From the NCBI RefSeq assembly GCF_947568905.1, contig NC_079172.1:35712001-35776000 (forward strand): DNA of 64,000 nucleotides, given 5' to 3'. The notes beneath the pieces were generated by a model. The model worked only from the letters and a program-made list of their open reading frames with translations. It was not told the origin of the DNA and made no database searches. The stretch's first letter is position 1. Every line of letters starts with the position of its first letter. A program made the position numbers and the translations under genes. Shown piece by piece: positions 1 through 13,423 of the stretch. The stretch is from Ostrea edulis (Eukaryota).

Positions 1-59
1 TGTTGGATTGAAGATGAAAGGGGAAGATAACGAACAGTGATCAATCTCAAAATAGATGC

Positions 60-480
60 TCTCTCTAAAAGATTTATTGCAAAACATCAATTGAATTGAT
101 GATATTATTAATTCAGTTGAAGAGAGCACTAGTTTAATTATTGCGCGTACCCATTCAATATTGGTGCGCGCAATAATTGAATAATTGCTCTTTTCAATTG
201 AGTAGTAGTGTTCATCAATTCAGTTATTGATGTTATTAATTTACTCGAAGAGACCAACAATTCAATTATTGCGCGCATCAATTCAGCAGAATGATTAATG
301 CTATTGATAATTCAATTAATGCGCGCAATATATTCAGATTTGAAGATATCAATTATTTAAAGAGATCTTTAATTGCATTGTCGCGCACATTAAATGAGTT
401 GATGCTATCTTCAATTTAACAAAAAAAGGTATTGATACTATCTTCAAATTAACACACAAAAAAAAGGGATCTTCAATTAT
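60..480. repeat. AT-rich module of degenerate aattgatgcgcgcatcaatt palindromes; related blocks at ~7440-8160, 12400-13180, 18230-18730, 19320-19420, 20170-20420, 20800-21190
   Basis: Repeated gcgcgc-centred palindromes, e.g. perfect TTGATGCGCGCATCAA at 18275-18290; one block lies 3' of each C1q copy. Confidence 0.75.
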
Positions 481-644
481 TTCAGCTCCGTAGTGGACAT
501 GGTAATTTCAGAATAACCTCCCCTTCTCTCATTGGTAGGAGGAGTACACGATGAGAAAACAGTACATTCAATTTCAACATTGCTTTTTCGCTCATTAATT
601 ACTCTGTGATGTATATACTTTGTACGAACTGTACTGGAAGCATC

Positions 645-909
645 CATAGGCGCTCTGGTCATAGATTATATAAATAAATACTATTTAGAGCTATCGAGGA
701 AATTCGAACTATAATCGTGCCATTTTCCCCACTACATAATGTGGAATTTGGGGGGGGGGGGGTAATTTGTTTTGCTTATTATATACTAATATGCTGTTAA
801 AAAAAATGAATTCCATAAACGTTTGTAAATTGACTTCACCCATAATTCGAATTTCCTCGATAGTTCTATATAGTCTTTATTTTCATTATCCATGACCCGA
901 GTGCCGATG
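645..909. mobile_element. ~260-bp foldback MITE-like element in the 3' flank of copy A
   Basis: Long imperfect inverted arms (ctctggtcatagatta..ctatttagagctatcgaggaaattcgaac vs attcgaatttcctcgatagttctatatag..atccatgacccgag); absent from the paralogous flanks of other copies. Confidence 0.7.
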
Positions 910-990
910 AAATCATCTTATAATTACACTAGAATTGCAATGTTTAACAGTTTTAATGAAAACATACTATAATTACATGAATTACAACAT

Positions 991-1925
991 TCAATCAATT
1001 GTCCACCCAGAGAACGTTGTGTACCCATCAGAGTTGCTATCTATATTCCCACTGTTACCAGAGGGACCTGTCCGGACGTAGACCGCCGCGCCTTCATCCA
1101 CGTACACCACTGATGTACCAGTGCTTGAATCCGAGTAGCTGGCGTCACGTGTGTAAATTGAACCGTAAATAATTCCATTGACCAGTAGCTGCGTGTTAAA
1201 GTATGATCCTCCATGAGTTCGTATAGTCCACGTAAAGACGTAGAGTCCGGAACGCGGGGCCATGAAGACACCCATGTGATGGTTATAACCGCTTCCCTCA
1301 TTGGTGAAAATAGCGTCAAATATCAAGGTTCGTAAATGTCCAGGCGTCAAACTGGTGGACATGAACGCAGAGAAAGCGATGGTTCCATTGGTGGAGCGAA
1401 TTCCTACAAATTTCGTAAACAATTGGTAAAAGACGTATACGGAAATCAATGATGAAGAAGTATTGACTTGCGTTTGTAATTTTATTTGATACCATATATA
1501 TAGTAATATTAACAAAATGTTTATTTACCCTGTCGCCTGTGCCTCTGTACATTCTTTGGAGTATTTCCTTCTCGGAAAATTAAATCATGAGAACTACTTT
1601 TATTTCCCTGCCCTGTCGGATACTTCTTAAATACAGCATATCGTTCCATTGAATCCAGACGTCCTTCACATTCAAGAAGGCGGTGTTCGCTTAGCTTTCT
1701 TTGATGTGTCTCAGATTCCAGTCTGGTGGACAGATCTGCGAGGGCGCCCTTTAAGTCCCCATTGTCCCTCTGTAGTTTCTCTACAATGGATTCTAGTTTT
1801 TCCACGGTTTTAGATAATTTGAGGACCATTCCAGCAATATCTGGTTCCTCCATCCTGTCGCTGTCGCCCTGTACTTTGGTGAAGCATGTTAGGATTAGCA
1901 GATACACTAGGAGTCGTAGCGCCAT
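991..1925 (-). CDS. C1q-domain-containing protein, copy A (signal peptide + coiled coil + gC1q), 269 aa, join(1529..1925,991..1403)
   Basis: ATG at 1925 ([20 protein letters not shown]). Phase-1 GT-AG intron 1404..1528. Exon 2 has gC1q motifs [43 protein letters not shown] and TGA at 991. Confidence 0.92.
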
Positions 1926-2059
1926 CTTGTGAATAATGAGGATCTCTGAAGTAAGATCGGACAATATATTGCATTAATTTTTGCTTATCAGCACAGGAGT
2001 GATTCCTTTGTTCTATAAAAGCAATCAATTCTTGGAAAATTGTCTTATAATATCAAATG

Positions 2060-2072
2060 ACCTATATATCGC
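2060..2072 (-). promoter_or_regulatory. Putative TATA box of C1qDC copy A (TATATAGG), also conserved upstream of copies B (~9464) and E (~22481)
   Basis: gacctatatat is conserved ~140 nt upstream of the ATG in the three intact copies; TSS not known. Confidence 0.45.
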
Positions 2073-2316
2073 AGATTACAGACCATTTAGCAAGGTCGCG
2101 TACCGAAGTTTCCAAATATCAATTCTGAGGACTCCGTGTGAATGAAAGTTTTGCGCCCCCGGATTGTTTCCTGCAGTATTTCTGTATGGAATTGGAAAAA
2201 AGGTAAAATTCAAATTTGGTGCAATTATTTATATATTTGCCGCCAATCAGTACACTGATATTTAGGTATTTTTATGATGTTATATTTTATTGTTTTTTGG
2301 TTTTTTTTCTTTGTTT

Positions 2317-2349
<33 letters not shown>

Positions 2350-2740
2350 TATCTCCTGCATGTGAAGACTCCGTTGACATTTTACACAGTAAAGACTTTT
2401 ACTTCCATTTCCGTAGAAAAGGGGTTTATGTATCTAGTCCAGGGGCTAAGTATGGTGGCTGATTTGTGCCATTTTACATTTGTTGTCATTTCGTCCCGAA
2501 ATCGGTTTTACGAGTAAACATTTAAGTCTGTTTGACGAGTCCAGGTTTTTTTTTTTATCTGATTCCATTATGAATTTCAAATTAGGAAGTGCTCAGAGTG
2601 TATAGAATAGTAAAAAATTCCATTAGTTGACCTCCACATTTGTCCCATTGATAAAACAGTCGTTTAAATGACATTTCCATGTTTTCCTCGGAAAAGTTTC
2701 AAAGTTTTGTCCGAATTTTCTGTCCACAACACAAAACAAT

Positions 2741-3612
2741 TTTTATGCCCCCCTTCAAAGAAGAGGGGCATATTGGTTTGCACCTGTCAGTAGGTCGGTA
2801 GACTACATGTTGTCCGCTCAATATCTTGAGAACCATTCACTTGATGATAATGATATATCATATTTGGGTTAGTTATGAGTAGAAGAGGACCCCTATTGTT
2901 TTTCAGGTCAAAAGGTCAAGGGTCAATCTACTCTGGAGATAGGAATATAATGTCTGCTCAATATCTTGAGAACCCTTTGCTTGAAAGACATCAAATTTGG
3001 CACACTGGTACATCCTAAGGATGATTTTGAGGTCATATGGTCAAAGGTCAAGGGTCAAACTGGACATAGGAATATACTGCCCGTTCAATATTTTGAGAAC
3101 CCTTTGCTTGACAGACATCAAACTTGGTACACTGGTACGTCTTCAGGAGAAGATGACCCCAAATGATTTTGAGGTAACATGGTCAAATGTTAAGGGTTAA
3201 ACTGGATATTAGAATATACTGTCCGCTCAATATCTTGAGAACCCTTTGCTTGACAGACATCAAACTTGGTACACTGGTACATCTTCAGGAGAAGATGACT
3301 CCTATTGATTTTGAGATCACATGGTCAAAGGTCAAGGGTCAAACTTGACATGGGAATATACTGTCTGCTCAGTATCTTGAGAACCCTTTTCTTGAAAGAC
3401 ATCAAACTTGGTACACTGATATGCCTTCAGGAGAAGATGACCTCTATTGATTTTGAGGTCACGTGGTCATAGGTCAATGGTCAAACTGGACATAGGAATA
3501 TACTGTCTGCTCAGTATCTTAAGAACCCTTTTCTTGACAGACATCAAACTTGGTTCTCTGGTACATCTTCAGTAGAAGATGACCCCTATTGATTTTGAGG
3601 TCACATGGTCAT
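2741..3612 (+). mobile_element. Non-autonomous Helentron-like (HINE) element with ~142-bp internal tandem repeats, right end deleted
   Basis: Starts in a T-run with ttttatgccccccttcaaagaagaggggcat; about 6 units of aatatcttgagaaccctttgcttgacagacatcaaacttggtac..ggtcaaaggtcaagg; absent from the paralogous unit at ~10255. Confidence 0.7.
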
Positions 3613-4711
3613 GCAAATATTAACACACACACACACACAAATCTGCATGGAGAACAGGGTGTATTTGATAATAATGAATATGGAAATATGATTACTTGGG
3701 AAAGCAGAAACAAAACTGGGAACAGAAATAATGTTTAGTTTATCTGATTTGATACATTAAGATATCAGTATTATTGATTTAAAGATATCATACATTTAAT
3801 TACTTGTATAATGTCATATCACTGATCATAGTAATAGTTTATTATTATTTCTATACGGGATTTGTGAATTCCATTGAAATAAATACACTGTTCAAAGTTA
3901 CATATACATATATTATCAAAAATACACCGGAAATACCCAAGGTATTGAACATTCAAGCTTTTGAGATCACCACTTGTGAGATACTAATATACATGTATAT
4001 ATGTATTAGTAGGTTATATTAGTATCTCACAAGTGGTAATCTCTAAAGCTTGCAGAAGGTTGAAACTGACTATTCAGAATGACTTACAGGGTTTTATCCA
4101 GCATTTAGATGTTACTACCCATTTTATATTTAAGGGGAATTTTTGAGAAATCCAGTCATGAGCTTCCAGGGGGTGGGGATGAGGGACATCCATGGAATAT
4201 AATATATACAGATTATAACAGCCATATAAATTGATTAATTACTCATTGTATCTATATTGTAAGTCTGACAATTATAGAAAATGACTTAGAATATCAAAAA
4301 AATGATTTTTGTTGAAAATTGTTATACAATTTTGTGAAGTTTCTACAAATGATGGGAATTTTTTATCTGTGGAAGGGGAAATATCCATTTGTTGCCAAAG
4401 GGGAAAGGTACCTTTTACCGGTAGTAAAAACAACCTAGATAAATCTCTGACTTATGAGAATGATCGGTGGGGAAATAACATATTTAGATAAATTATTGGT
4501 TCTGTATAAAAATAATTATGAGTCATTCTAGAAAAAAAAAAGGGGGGGGGGGTATGTTCATAAGATCTATACAAGCTACCCACACTTCATGTGCCTGTGA
4601 CAATTACCTATGCAGTAGACACAATCCTCGCATATCAGGGGCACACCATAGACACTCCCCATTTAATTTTATAAGTGACGAATCAGTCTACCCATCTATT
4701 CTATAAATTCA

Positions 4712-5040
4712 AAAATATAGGGGTAGTCCTATACTGAACTTATACCCCTTACTGTACAAGTATATAGGGGTAGTCCTATACCGAACGTATACCCCTAATG
4801 TACAAGTATATAGGGGTAGTCCTATACCGAACTTATACCCCTTACTGTACAAGTATATAGGGGTAGTCCTATATTGAACTTATACCCCTTACTGTACAAG
4901 TATATAGGGGTAGTCCTAAACCGAACTTATACCCCTTACTGTACAAGTATATAGGGGTAGTCCTATACCGAACTTATGCCCCCTTACTGTGCAAGTATAT
5001 AGGGGTAGTCCTATACCGAACTTATACCCCTTACTGTACA
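4712..5040. repeat. ~47-bp minisatellite, ~7 copies
   Basis: Unit gtatataggggtagtcctataccgaacttataccccttactgtacaa. Confidence 0.9.
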
Positions 5041-5305
5041 GATAAGACACATTATATAACTTATACACCTCCCCCTGTACAAATAAGACACATTGTAGAA
5101 CATATACCCCCTCCTTTCTCTCAGACAGGATACATTATACATGTACAACTTAAACCCTTCTCAACCACTAACAGGTGATATTTCAACTGGGTCCTTCTGG
5201 CTTGACGTCGGTCTGGGCCATGGGGCTTGTAAATACAACTCTACAAAGTATTCACGCCAAAATACTGTGCATTGTTCTGATTTTTGTGTGAATATATATA
5301 TACAT

Positions 5306-5367
<62 letters not shown>

Positions 5368-5689
5368 CAAGGCCTATAGAAAGGGTGTGTTTATGGTAAC
5401 CCTACCGACCCTATATTTTTGTCCCGACCCTAAAAAACGTTATCGGAAAATATATTACCGGTTATTTTCCGGAAATTCCATCTTTTTCCGGGACCAAAAC
5501 GGCTCTTGCACTACTTTTATAACAATGGCAACTTTCGCCATTGGGGGTTCAGTGAAAACGGCGAGTGTTTTGCCTCTCACCTTCATAAAATGTGCCCACC
5601 TGAAAGAGTCAATACGTGTTATATTCCAAAATTCCACGACATTTATAGATATTTTCAATATCATCACTTCAATTTAAAGAACCCGTGGG

Positions 5690-6349
5690 GTTCAGGGCTA
5701 GAATACGTCAGGGCCTCTATACTCCTTGCTTGTCGTAAGAGGTGACTAAATGGGGCAGTCCTTCGGATGAGACCGCAAAAACTGAGGCCCTGTGTCACAG
5801 CAGGTGTGGCACGATACAATTTAATCAAATCTTCTCTAACTGTTACACCGGAGAAGGATCTGACAACATAGCATTTGATGTCATCTTATCGACCCCAATC
5901 TTATGAATAATTCAATAAATATTCGACCAATAAGAAAGAATCAAAGACCAATCAGGAATCGTTTTACTCAAGCGTAATCTATTCAGATTGTAAGTTCATA
6001 CAAAATGGCGTCGATCCATGAATAGTTTAAACGAATTCCAAATATCAGCGTTAAAGGAAGAGCAAACTTTAAGGAAGATCTTAGATAGTTTTCATTCATT
6101 ACCGTTAAAATAAGTTTTCTGTGGCTTTCTAAAAGCGCCCATGGCTACCTCCATTTTCATTCATGTTAGTGAAAGCCGTCATTTCATTGGTCAAATGTGA
6201 AAGGTGAAATAACATGACCTCGAACACAATACTGTCATATCCTTCTCCGGTGTAACGGCCAGATAAGATCTGATCTTAACTGACTGCTAAAAGGCCGTAA
6301 GCACCGAGCATTAGTAGGCCTACGATTTGCAGCCTTTGAACACCTGCAT

Positions 6350-6381
<32 letters not shown>

Positions 6382-6410
6382 AGGTGATACGTTAAATGTA
6401 ACAAACAAAC
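5690..6410 (+). mobile_element. Bivalve SINE body split by a MITE; the 3' half recurs at ~11779-11930
   Basis: cttgtcgtaagaggtgactaaatgggg..gtgtcacagcaggtgtggcacgata, then ctaaaaggccgtaag..gtgacgtctccatatgagtgaaaaattctc..gacgttaaa; same family as 23100-23441. Confidence 0.7.
5817..6275. mobile_element. Mutator-like MITE (~43-bp inverted arms, 9-bp TSD inferred from a paralog)
   Basis: Arms 5823-5865 and 6233-6275. Left junction is ggcacgata|caattt; the paralogous right junction at 11773-11787 is aaattg|ggcacaata. Confidence 0.65.
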
Positions 6411-8389
6411 CAACTAAAGAACAATAAATGTAAAGTTGTGGGGAAATTGCACGATTTAACTCCATCCCATCCTCGGAAACCCACGGCTGATTACGCTTCA
6501 TTCCTCTGTCCATCACCCATAGGTCCATACTACTCGCTCGTTCTCGTGAATAAATATTGTCCAATCAAAGTAATCGTTATAGTTACGGAACTCTTCTGTT
6601 TTTAAAGGTAACATTAACATACCTTTGCTATCACAACAATTGTATACCAATTGTACTGAAAGTGTCCAGTAAACTGATTGGACAAATTCGCTCGGGGTAT
6701 ACTATGAGCGCCTAATCAAATTGTCTCATTAATTATTCTTGAGAACGAGCGAGTAGGAATGAATGGACCCACGGGTGATGGAGAGAGGAACGAAAGCTAA
6801 TCAACCGTGGGTTTCCGACGATAACTCCATCCTAGCAGTTGGTGAAGTTGTTGAAAACTGTTGAGATATGCGCGAAGTTGTTGAAAACTGCTATGCAACA
6901 AGAACACAAATAACAATACACTAAATAGCAAAACAAAAAATCCAACCTACCGACCCTACATTTTATCAATAGGTTACCGTAAACACTCATATATCTCTGG
7001 CCTTAACAGAAAAACCAGCATGTGTCTGTGAACTTTTAGGAGAACCCTCATATTTCAGTGTGGAAGTTCTTTAGTTGGTAAAAATGTTGAATTTCTGTGA
7101 TCTTGTCGTGTTTAGATAACTTTAGGTGAAGGTCATGTTACTAAATACATAATCATTCTTGCAGTCTTTGTTGAAAAGATATGGTGTGGACGGAAACTTT
7201 ACACTAAATCTCGGTGCCCCTGATATTGACCCCACTTGACTTTGAGGCATACGGGTTTAATTGTTACACGAAAATGCCATGAGCAGCCTTTGAATTGACT
7301 CGAGAGGTTCTCTGCAATAAAAATGTGGCGTGGACATGTTAATGCATCTGAGAAAACAAGATCCCACTTTACATGTCATTATCACATATTCCTAGGCAGA
7401 ATGGTGGACAATGGAGTGTCAAATTAATATAAAATCAAATAATTAGATTATTTCGCTCTTTATGCTCTCATCAATTGAATTGATGCGCCCATCTTCTCAA
7501 TTAGTACCCGCAATAATTGATTTGATGTTCGCATAAATTCAATAGATGCGCGCATCAAATCAATTATTGGTCTCATCAATTCAATTGATGCACGCATCAA
7601 TGTGGTAGAATTAATCCTCTAGAATATTAATTTATAGCTAGATATGAATTATTTGATGATGTCTTTAATTCAACTGAAGATATCTTTATTCATTTACAAC
7701 GATATTGTATATAAGTAATTAATGTACGTATTAGGTCTTTCAAACAGAGCGGTAATTCAATTTAAGAGATCAATAATTCAATTGTGGATATGTCGAATTG
7801 AAGATATAGTTGATCTTTCTAAAATAATGTTTGCGTGCAATCCATTTAATGGACAATATGATTAATTAGATTAAAGAGAGAATTAATTGAATTGATGCGC
7901 GCTATAATCCATTAAAAGAGCAATAATTGAATTGTTGTTCTCTTCAATTGAATTGTAGTGCGCATCAATTCACTTCTTGATATCATTAATTTATTTTTAC
8001 CACAGCGGCACAATTCAGTTATTGTGCGTATAATGCGTGCAATAATTCAGAATTGAAGATATAATAGAGATCTTCAATTGAATTGTTCCGCGTATTAAAT
8101 GAATTAATGCTATCTTCAAATGATTAAAGGTATCTTTAATTATTTAAGTTTATTTTAATTGGGCGCTCCACAGACACGGTAATTCCATAGTATCCTACCC
8201 TTCTCTCGTTGGCGGTAGTTATACATGAAGGGGAGATGGGGATACATTCAACCCTAACAAGGATTTTCGCTCATTGATTACTGTGTAATGTAGATTCCTG
8301 GTATAGTGGAAGCATCTTATAATCACGCTACAACAGCGAATCTTCTCAGTTTTAATGAAATCTACTATAATTTACATTAATGATAACAT

Positions 8390-9328
8390 TCAATCAATTG
8401 TCCACCCAGAGAATGTTGTGTACCCATCAGAGCTGCTAACTATACTCCCACTGTTACCAGAGGGACCTGTCCGGATGTAGACCGCCGCGCCTTCAGCCAC
8501 GTACACCACTGATGCACCCGTGCTCGAATCCGAGTAGCTGGGATCGCGTGTGTAAATTGACCCGTAAATAATTCCATTAACCAGTAGCTGCGTGTTCAAG
8601 ACTGCTCCTCCATTACCTCGTATTGTCCACGTGAAGACGTAGAGACCAGAACGCGGGGCCATGAAGACACCCATATGATGGTTATAACCGCTTCCCTCAT
8701 TGGTGAAAATAGCGTCAAATATCAAGGTTCGTAAATGTCCAGGCGTCAAACCGGTGGACATGAACGCAGAGAAAGCTATGGTTCCATGGGTGGAGCGAAT
8801 TCCTAGAAATTTCGTAAACAAATGGTAAAAGACGGATGCGGAAATCTGTAATGAATAAGTGATGACTTGCGTTTGTAATTTTATTTGATACCATAATATA
8901 TATATTATATAGTAATATTAACAAAATGTTTATTTACCCTGTCGTCTGCGCCTCTGTACATTCTTTGGAGTATTTCCTTCTCGGAAAATTAAATCACCAG
9001 TGCGACTTTTATTTCCCTGCCCTGTCGGATACTTCTTAAAAACAGCATGTTGTTTCACTGAATCCAGGCGTCCTTCACATTCAAGAAGGCGGTGTTCGAT
9101 TAGCTTTCTTTGGTGTGTCTCAGCTTCCAGTCTGGTGGACAGATCTGCGAGGGCGCCCTTTAAGTCCACATTGTCACTCTGTAGTTTCTCTACAATGGAT
9201 TCCAGTTTTTCCACGGTTTTAGATAATTCAAGGACCATTCCAGCAATTTCCGGTTCCTCCATCCTGTCCCCCTTTACTTTGGTGAAGCATGTTAAGATTA
9301 GCAGATACACTAGGAGACGTAGCGCCAT
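8390..9328 (-). CDS. C1q-domain-containing protein, copy B, 267 aa, join(8938..9328,8390..8802)
   Basis: Paralog of copy A with the same exon structure; phase-1 GT-AG intron 8803..8937; both exons open. Confidence 0.92.
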
Positions 9329-10831
9329 CTTGTGAATAATGAAGATCTCTGAAGTAAGATCGGACAATATATTGCATTAGTTTTTGCTTATCAGCATAGG
9401 AGTGATTCCTTTGTTCTATAAACGCAATCAATTCTTGGAAAATTGTCTTATAATATCAAATGACCTATATATCGCAGATTACTGACCAATTAGCAAGGTC
9501 GCGTACCAAAATATCAATTCTGAGGATTTCATGTGAATAGAACTTTTGCGCCCCCGGATTGTTTCCTGCAGTGTTTTTGTATGGAATTGGAAAAAGAGTA
9601 AAATTCGAATTTGGTGCAATTATTTATATACTTGACGACGTTGATTCCATCAGTACACTGTTATTTAGGTATTTTTGTGTTATTGTTGTTTTGTGTTGTT
9701 GTTGTTTTTTTCATTGTAATTATTATTATTTTTTTTTTTTTTTTTTTTTTTTTTACATATCTCCTTCATATGAAGACTTCATTGACATTTTCACGGTAAA
9801 GACTTTACTATCGTTTTCGTAGAAGAAGTGTTTATGTACATGTTTCGTTTATTTCATTTGTTGATTGTGGGAGGTTCCTTGTTAATGATAAAATAGGTTC
9901 TGGGCTCTGGGCTGCGGTCAAGATCATAGCGGGTAGTCTAGGGGTTTAGTATGGTGGCTGACTGTGCCATTTTACATTTGTTGTCATTTCGTCCCGAAAA
10001 TTCGCTAAATATAGGTTTTACGAGTACATATAAATATATAAGTCTGTGTGACGAACGTCCAGGATTTCTATCAGATTCCATTATGAATTTCAAATTACTA
10101 AGTGCTCCGAGTGTATATAATAGAGAAAAATTCCATTAACTGATTCCTACATTTGTCCCATATGATAAAACAGTCGTCTAAATGACATTTCCGTGTCTTC
10201 CTCGAAAAAGTTTCAAAGTTTGTTCGAATTTTCCCTGCACAACACAAAACAACTTTTTTCCAATTGTCCTAAATACAAATTACACGCTCGAAAATTAATT
10301 CGTAATCTTCTCACCAAATTACCATGGTAAATTCAGGACACTGAATTAAATATTTTTTTCATAATTGGAAAACGTATGTCATGGCAACAAGATACATGTA
10401 TTATCATGGGCGTATTATCTCCTATACACGGCATATTGCGACTTATATCTCATTTGTGCACAGGAAATACTTTTTGGAAAAGGTTCATTGTAGTCTTTCG
10501 TTGAATCATGACTACTGGTTCAATATCTGGTATTTTCTGTGTCACAATATAGGTTTTATAATATACCCTGTGTTACACAATTATACCAAAGCAAGATTAG
10601 ATTCGATAAAAAGATAAAGAATGGATATTTTCAAAATGTATATACATATTTACCTGTGTACCTTGTGTCCTTGTACAAGAGTACTTAGTCTTCCTCCTTA
10701 TTTTTCTCCCCGAAAACCTGGCTATATAGCTCCACACCACCCCTTGAAAACCTGGTTAAGTAGAATCACCCCCCCCCCCCCCCCCCAACTGGCTAAAATA
10801 TCAAATTGTCTCCCATTTCATATGCAAATAT

Positions 10832-10874
<43 letters not shown>

Positions 10875-13423
10875 TCTTGAAAACAGGGTGTATTTGATAA
10901 TAATGAATATGGAAGATATGATTACTTGGGAAAGCAGAAACAAAACTGGGAACAGAAATAATGTTTAGTTTATCTGATTTGATACATTAAGATATCAGTA
11001 TTATTGATATAAAGATGTCATACATTTAATTACTTGTTTAGTGTATGATGTTATATCACTGCTCATAATAATAGTCTATAATAATTGGTGCTATGACATT
11101 TAACTCATAATAACAGTCTATAATGATCGGTGCTATGACATTTAACGGTTTCTATGCGAGATTTGTGTATTCCATTGAAATGGAAACACTAAAGTTACAC
11201 ATTTTATCAAAAATACACCGGAAATACCCAAAGTATTGAACATTAAAAAATACAGGAGGGGGGCACGGGAAGTCCTGTGCAGCACCTTTTGTTACATACC
11301 GTGGTATTTATGAAGCAATCAGTTACAAATACTACAACACCTGAAGTGTGGATAGCGTGTATAGATCTTCTGTACATACACCCCTTCTAGAATGATTCGA
11401 AATTATTTTTTTTTACAGAACCAATACTTATCCAAGACTTGTTATTTCGCCTACCGATCATCCTCATAAGTCGTTCTGAATAGTCAGTTTCTACCTTCTG
11501 TAAGCTTTTGAGATCACCACTTGTGAGATACTAATAATGTATCAGCGTTAAAGGAAGAGCAAAGGAAAATCTTAGATATTGTACATCCATTACCGTTAAA
11601 ATATGTTTTCTGTGGCTTTTTAAAATCGCCCGTAGCTACTGCCATCTTCTTTCATGTTAGTGAAAGCAATCATTTCATTGGTCTAGTGTGAAAGGTGAAA
11701 TAACATGACCTCAAACACAACCCTGTCATATCGTTCTCCGGTGTAACGGTCAGAGAAGATCTAATTTTACCTAAATTGGGCACAATAAAGATCCCTCCCT
11801 GCTCAAAGGCCGTAAGCACCGAGCATTATGAGGCCTAAGATTTGGAGCCCTTGAATACCGGCAATGGTGACATCTCCATATGAGTGAAAAATTCTCGGGT
11901 GAGACGTTAAACGTAACAAACAAATCAACTAAAGAACAATAAATATAACGTTGTGGGGGAAATTGCACGAGATAACTCCATCCTAGCAGTTGGTGAAGTT
12001 GTGGAAAACTGATATGCAAGAAGAACACAAATGATAATAAATACACTAAATAACAAACAAAAAAAGTGCGTCCTACCAACCCTACATTTTTTCAGTAGCT
12101 TACCGTAAACACACATATATTTTTGGCCTCAACAAAAAAACAGCATGTGTCCATGAAAATTTATGAGAACGTACCTCATATTTCATTATGGAAGTTCTTT
12201 AGCTGCACTCTACGAAATATTAGTTGGTAAAACATTGAATTTCTGTGACCTTGTCCTATTTAGATGACTTTAGGTGAAGGTCATGGTACTAAATTCATAA
12301 TAATTCATGCAGTCCATGTTGAAAAGACATGGCTTGGACAGAAACTTTACACTACGTTTTCTGCGATAAAAATGTGTTGTGGAAAATGGAGCGCCAAATT
12401 AACATAAACTCAAATAATTTAATTATTTCGCACATTATTTAATTGATGCGCGCATTAAATCAATTATTCCGCGCATCATTGTGGTAGAAATAATGCTCTA
12501 GAATATTAATTTATAGTTAGATATGAATTATTTGATGATATCTTTAATCTAACTGAAGATATCGTTAATCATTTACAACGATATTTTATAAGTAATTAAT
12601 GCATGCATCGATTCTTTCAAAGAGAGCAGTAACTCAATTTAAGACAACAATAATTCAATTGTGGATATGCTGAATAAAAGATATCTCTAATTAGATAGTT
12701 TCTCTCTCTAAAAGAATGATTGTGTACATCCATTTATATGACGATATTATCAACTCAATTGAAGAGAACAGTAATTGAATTGATGCGCGTTATAATCCAT
12801 TAAGAGAACAATATCATTCAATTTCTCTGCACATTGATTGAATTGATGCGCGCAATAAATGAATCATTGCTCTCTTCAATCGAATCGTTGCGTACATCAA
12901 TTAAATTGTTGTTCTCTTCAGTTGAATAGTAGCGCGCATCAATTCACTTCTTGATATCATTAATTTATTTGAAGAGCACCACAATTCAATTATTGCGCGC
13001 ATCAATTTAGCAAAATAATTCATGCTATCAATAATTCAATTAATGCGCACAATAATTCAGAATTAACCATTAATCATTCAAAGAGATCTTTAATGGAATT
13101 GTTGACCGCATTAAATGAAATGACACTATATTCAAATAATTAAAGGTATCTTCAATCATTTGAATTTATATTAATTTGACGCTACATAGTGGACACGGTA
13201 CTATCAGAGTAACACCCTTCTCTCATTGGCTGTAGGTATACATGATGGGAGGGGGGGGGGGTTACATTCAATCTCGACATTGATTTTTCGCTCATTAATT
13301 ACTGTATAACGTAGATTTCTGATGTACAACCTGCAGTGGAAACACCTTACAATTACACTACAACTGAGACGTTTCACGGTTTTAATGAAAGCATACTATA
13401 ATTACATTAGTTAATTACAACAT

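Larger units (their letters stand above)
5370..7002. mobile_element. Non-autonomous TIR element with GGCC termini, hosting a nested SINE and MITE
   Basis: Left aaggcc..gtgtttatggtaacc is inverted to right ggttaccgtaaacac..ggcctta; subterminal cctaccgaccct motifs; right end repeated at 12060-12130. Confidence 0.65.

Noticed and set aside
1726-1932. Plus-strand ORFs antisense to C1q exon 1 (also 9000-9335, 22150-22350) and alternate-frame minus ORFs
   Set aside because: They are shadows of the duplicated coding exon and show no independent protein features.
5141-5677. 178-aa plus-strand ORF
   Set aside because: It runs across a (TA)n/(CA)n microsatellite and a MITE end; no recognisable domain.
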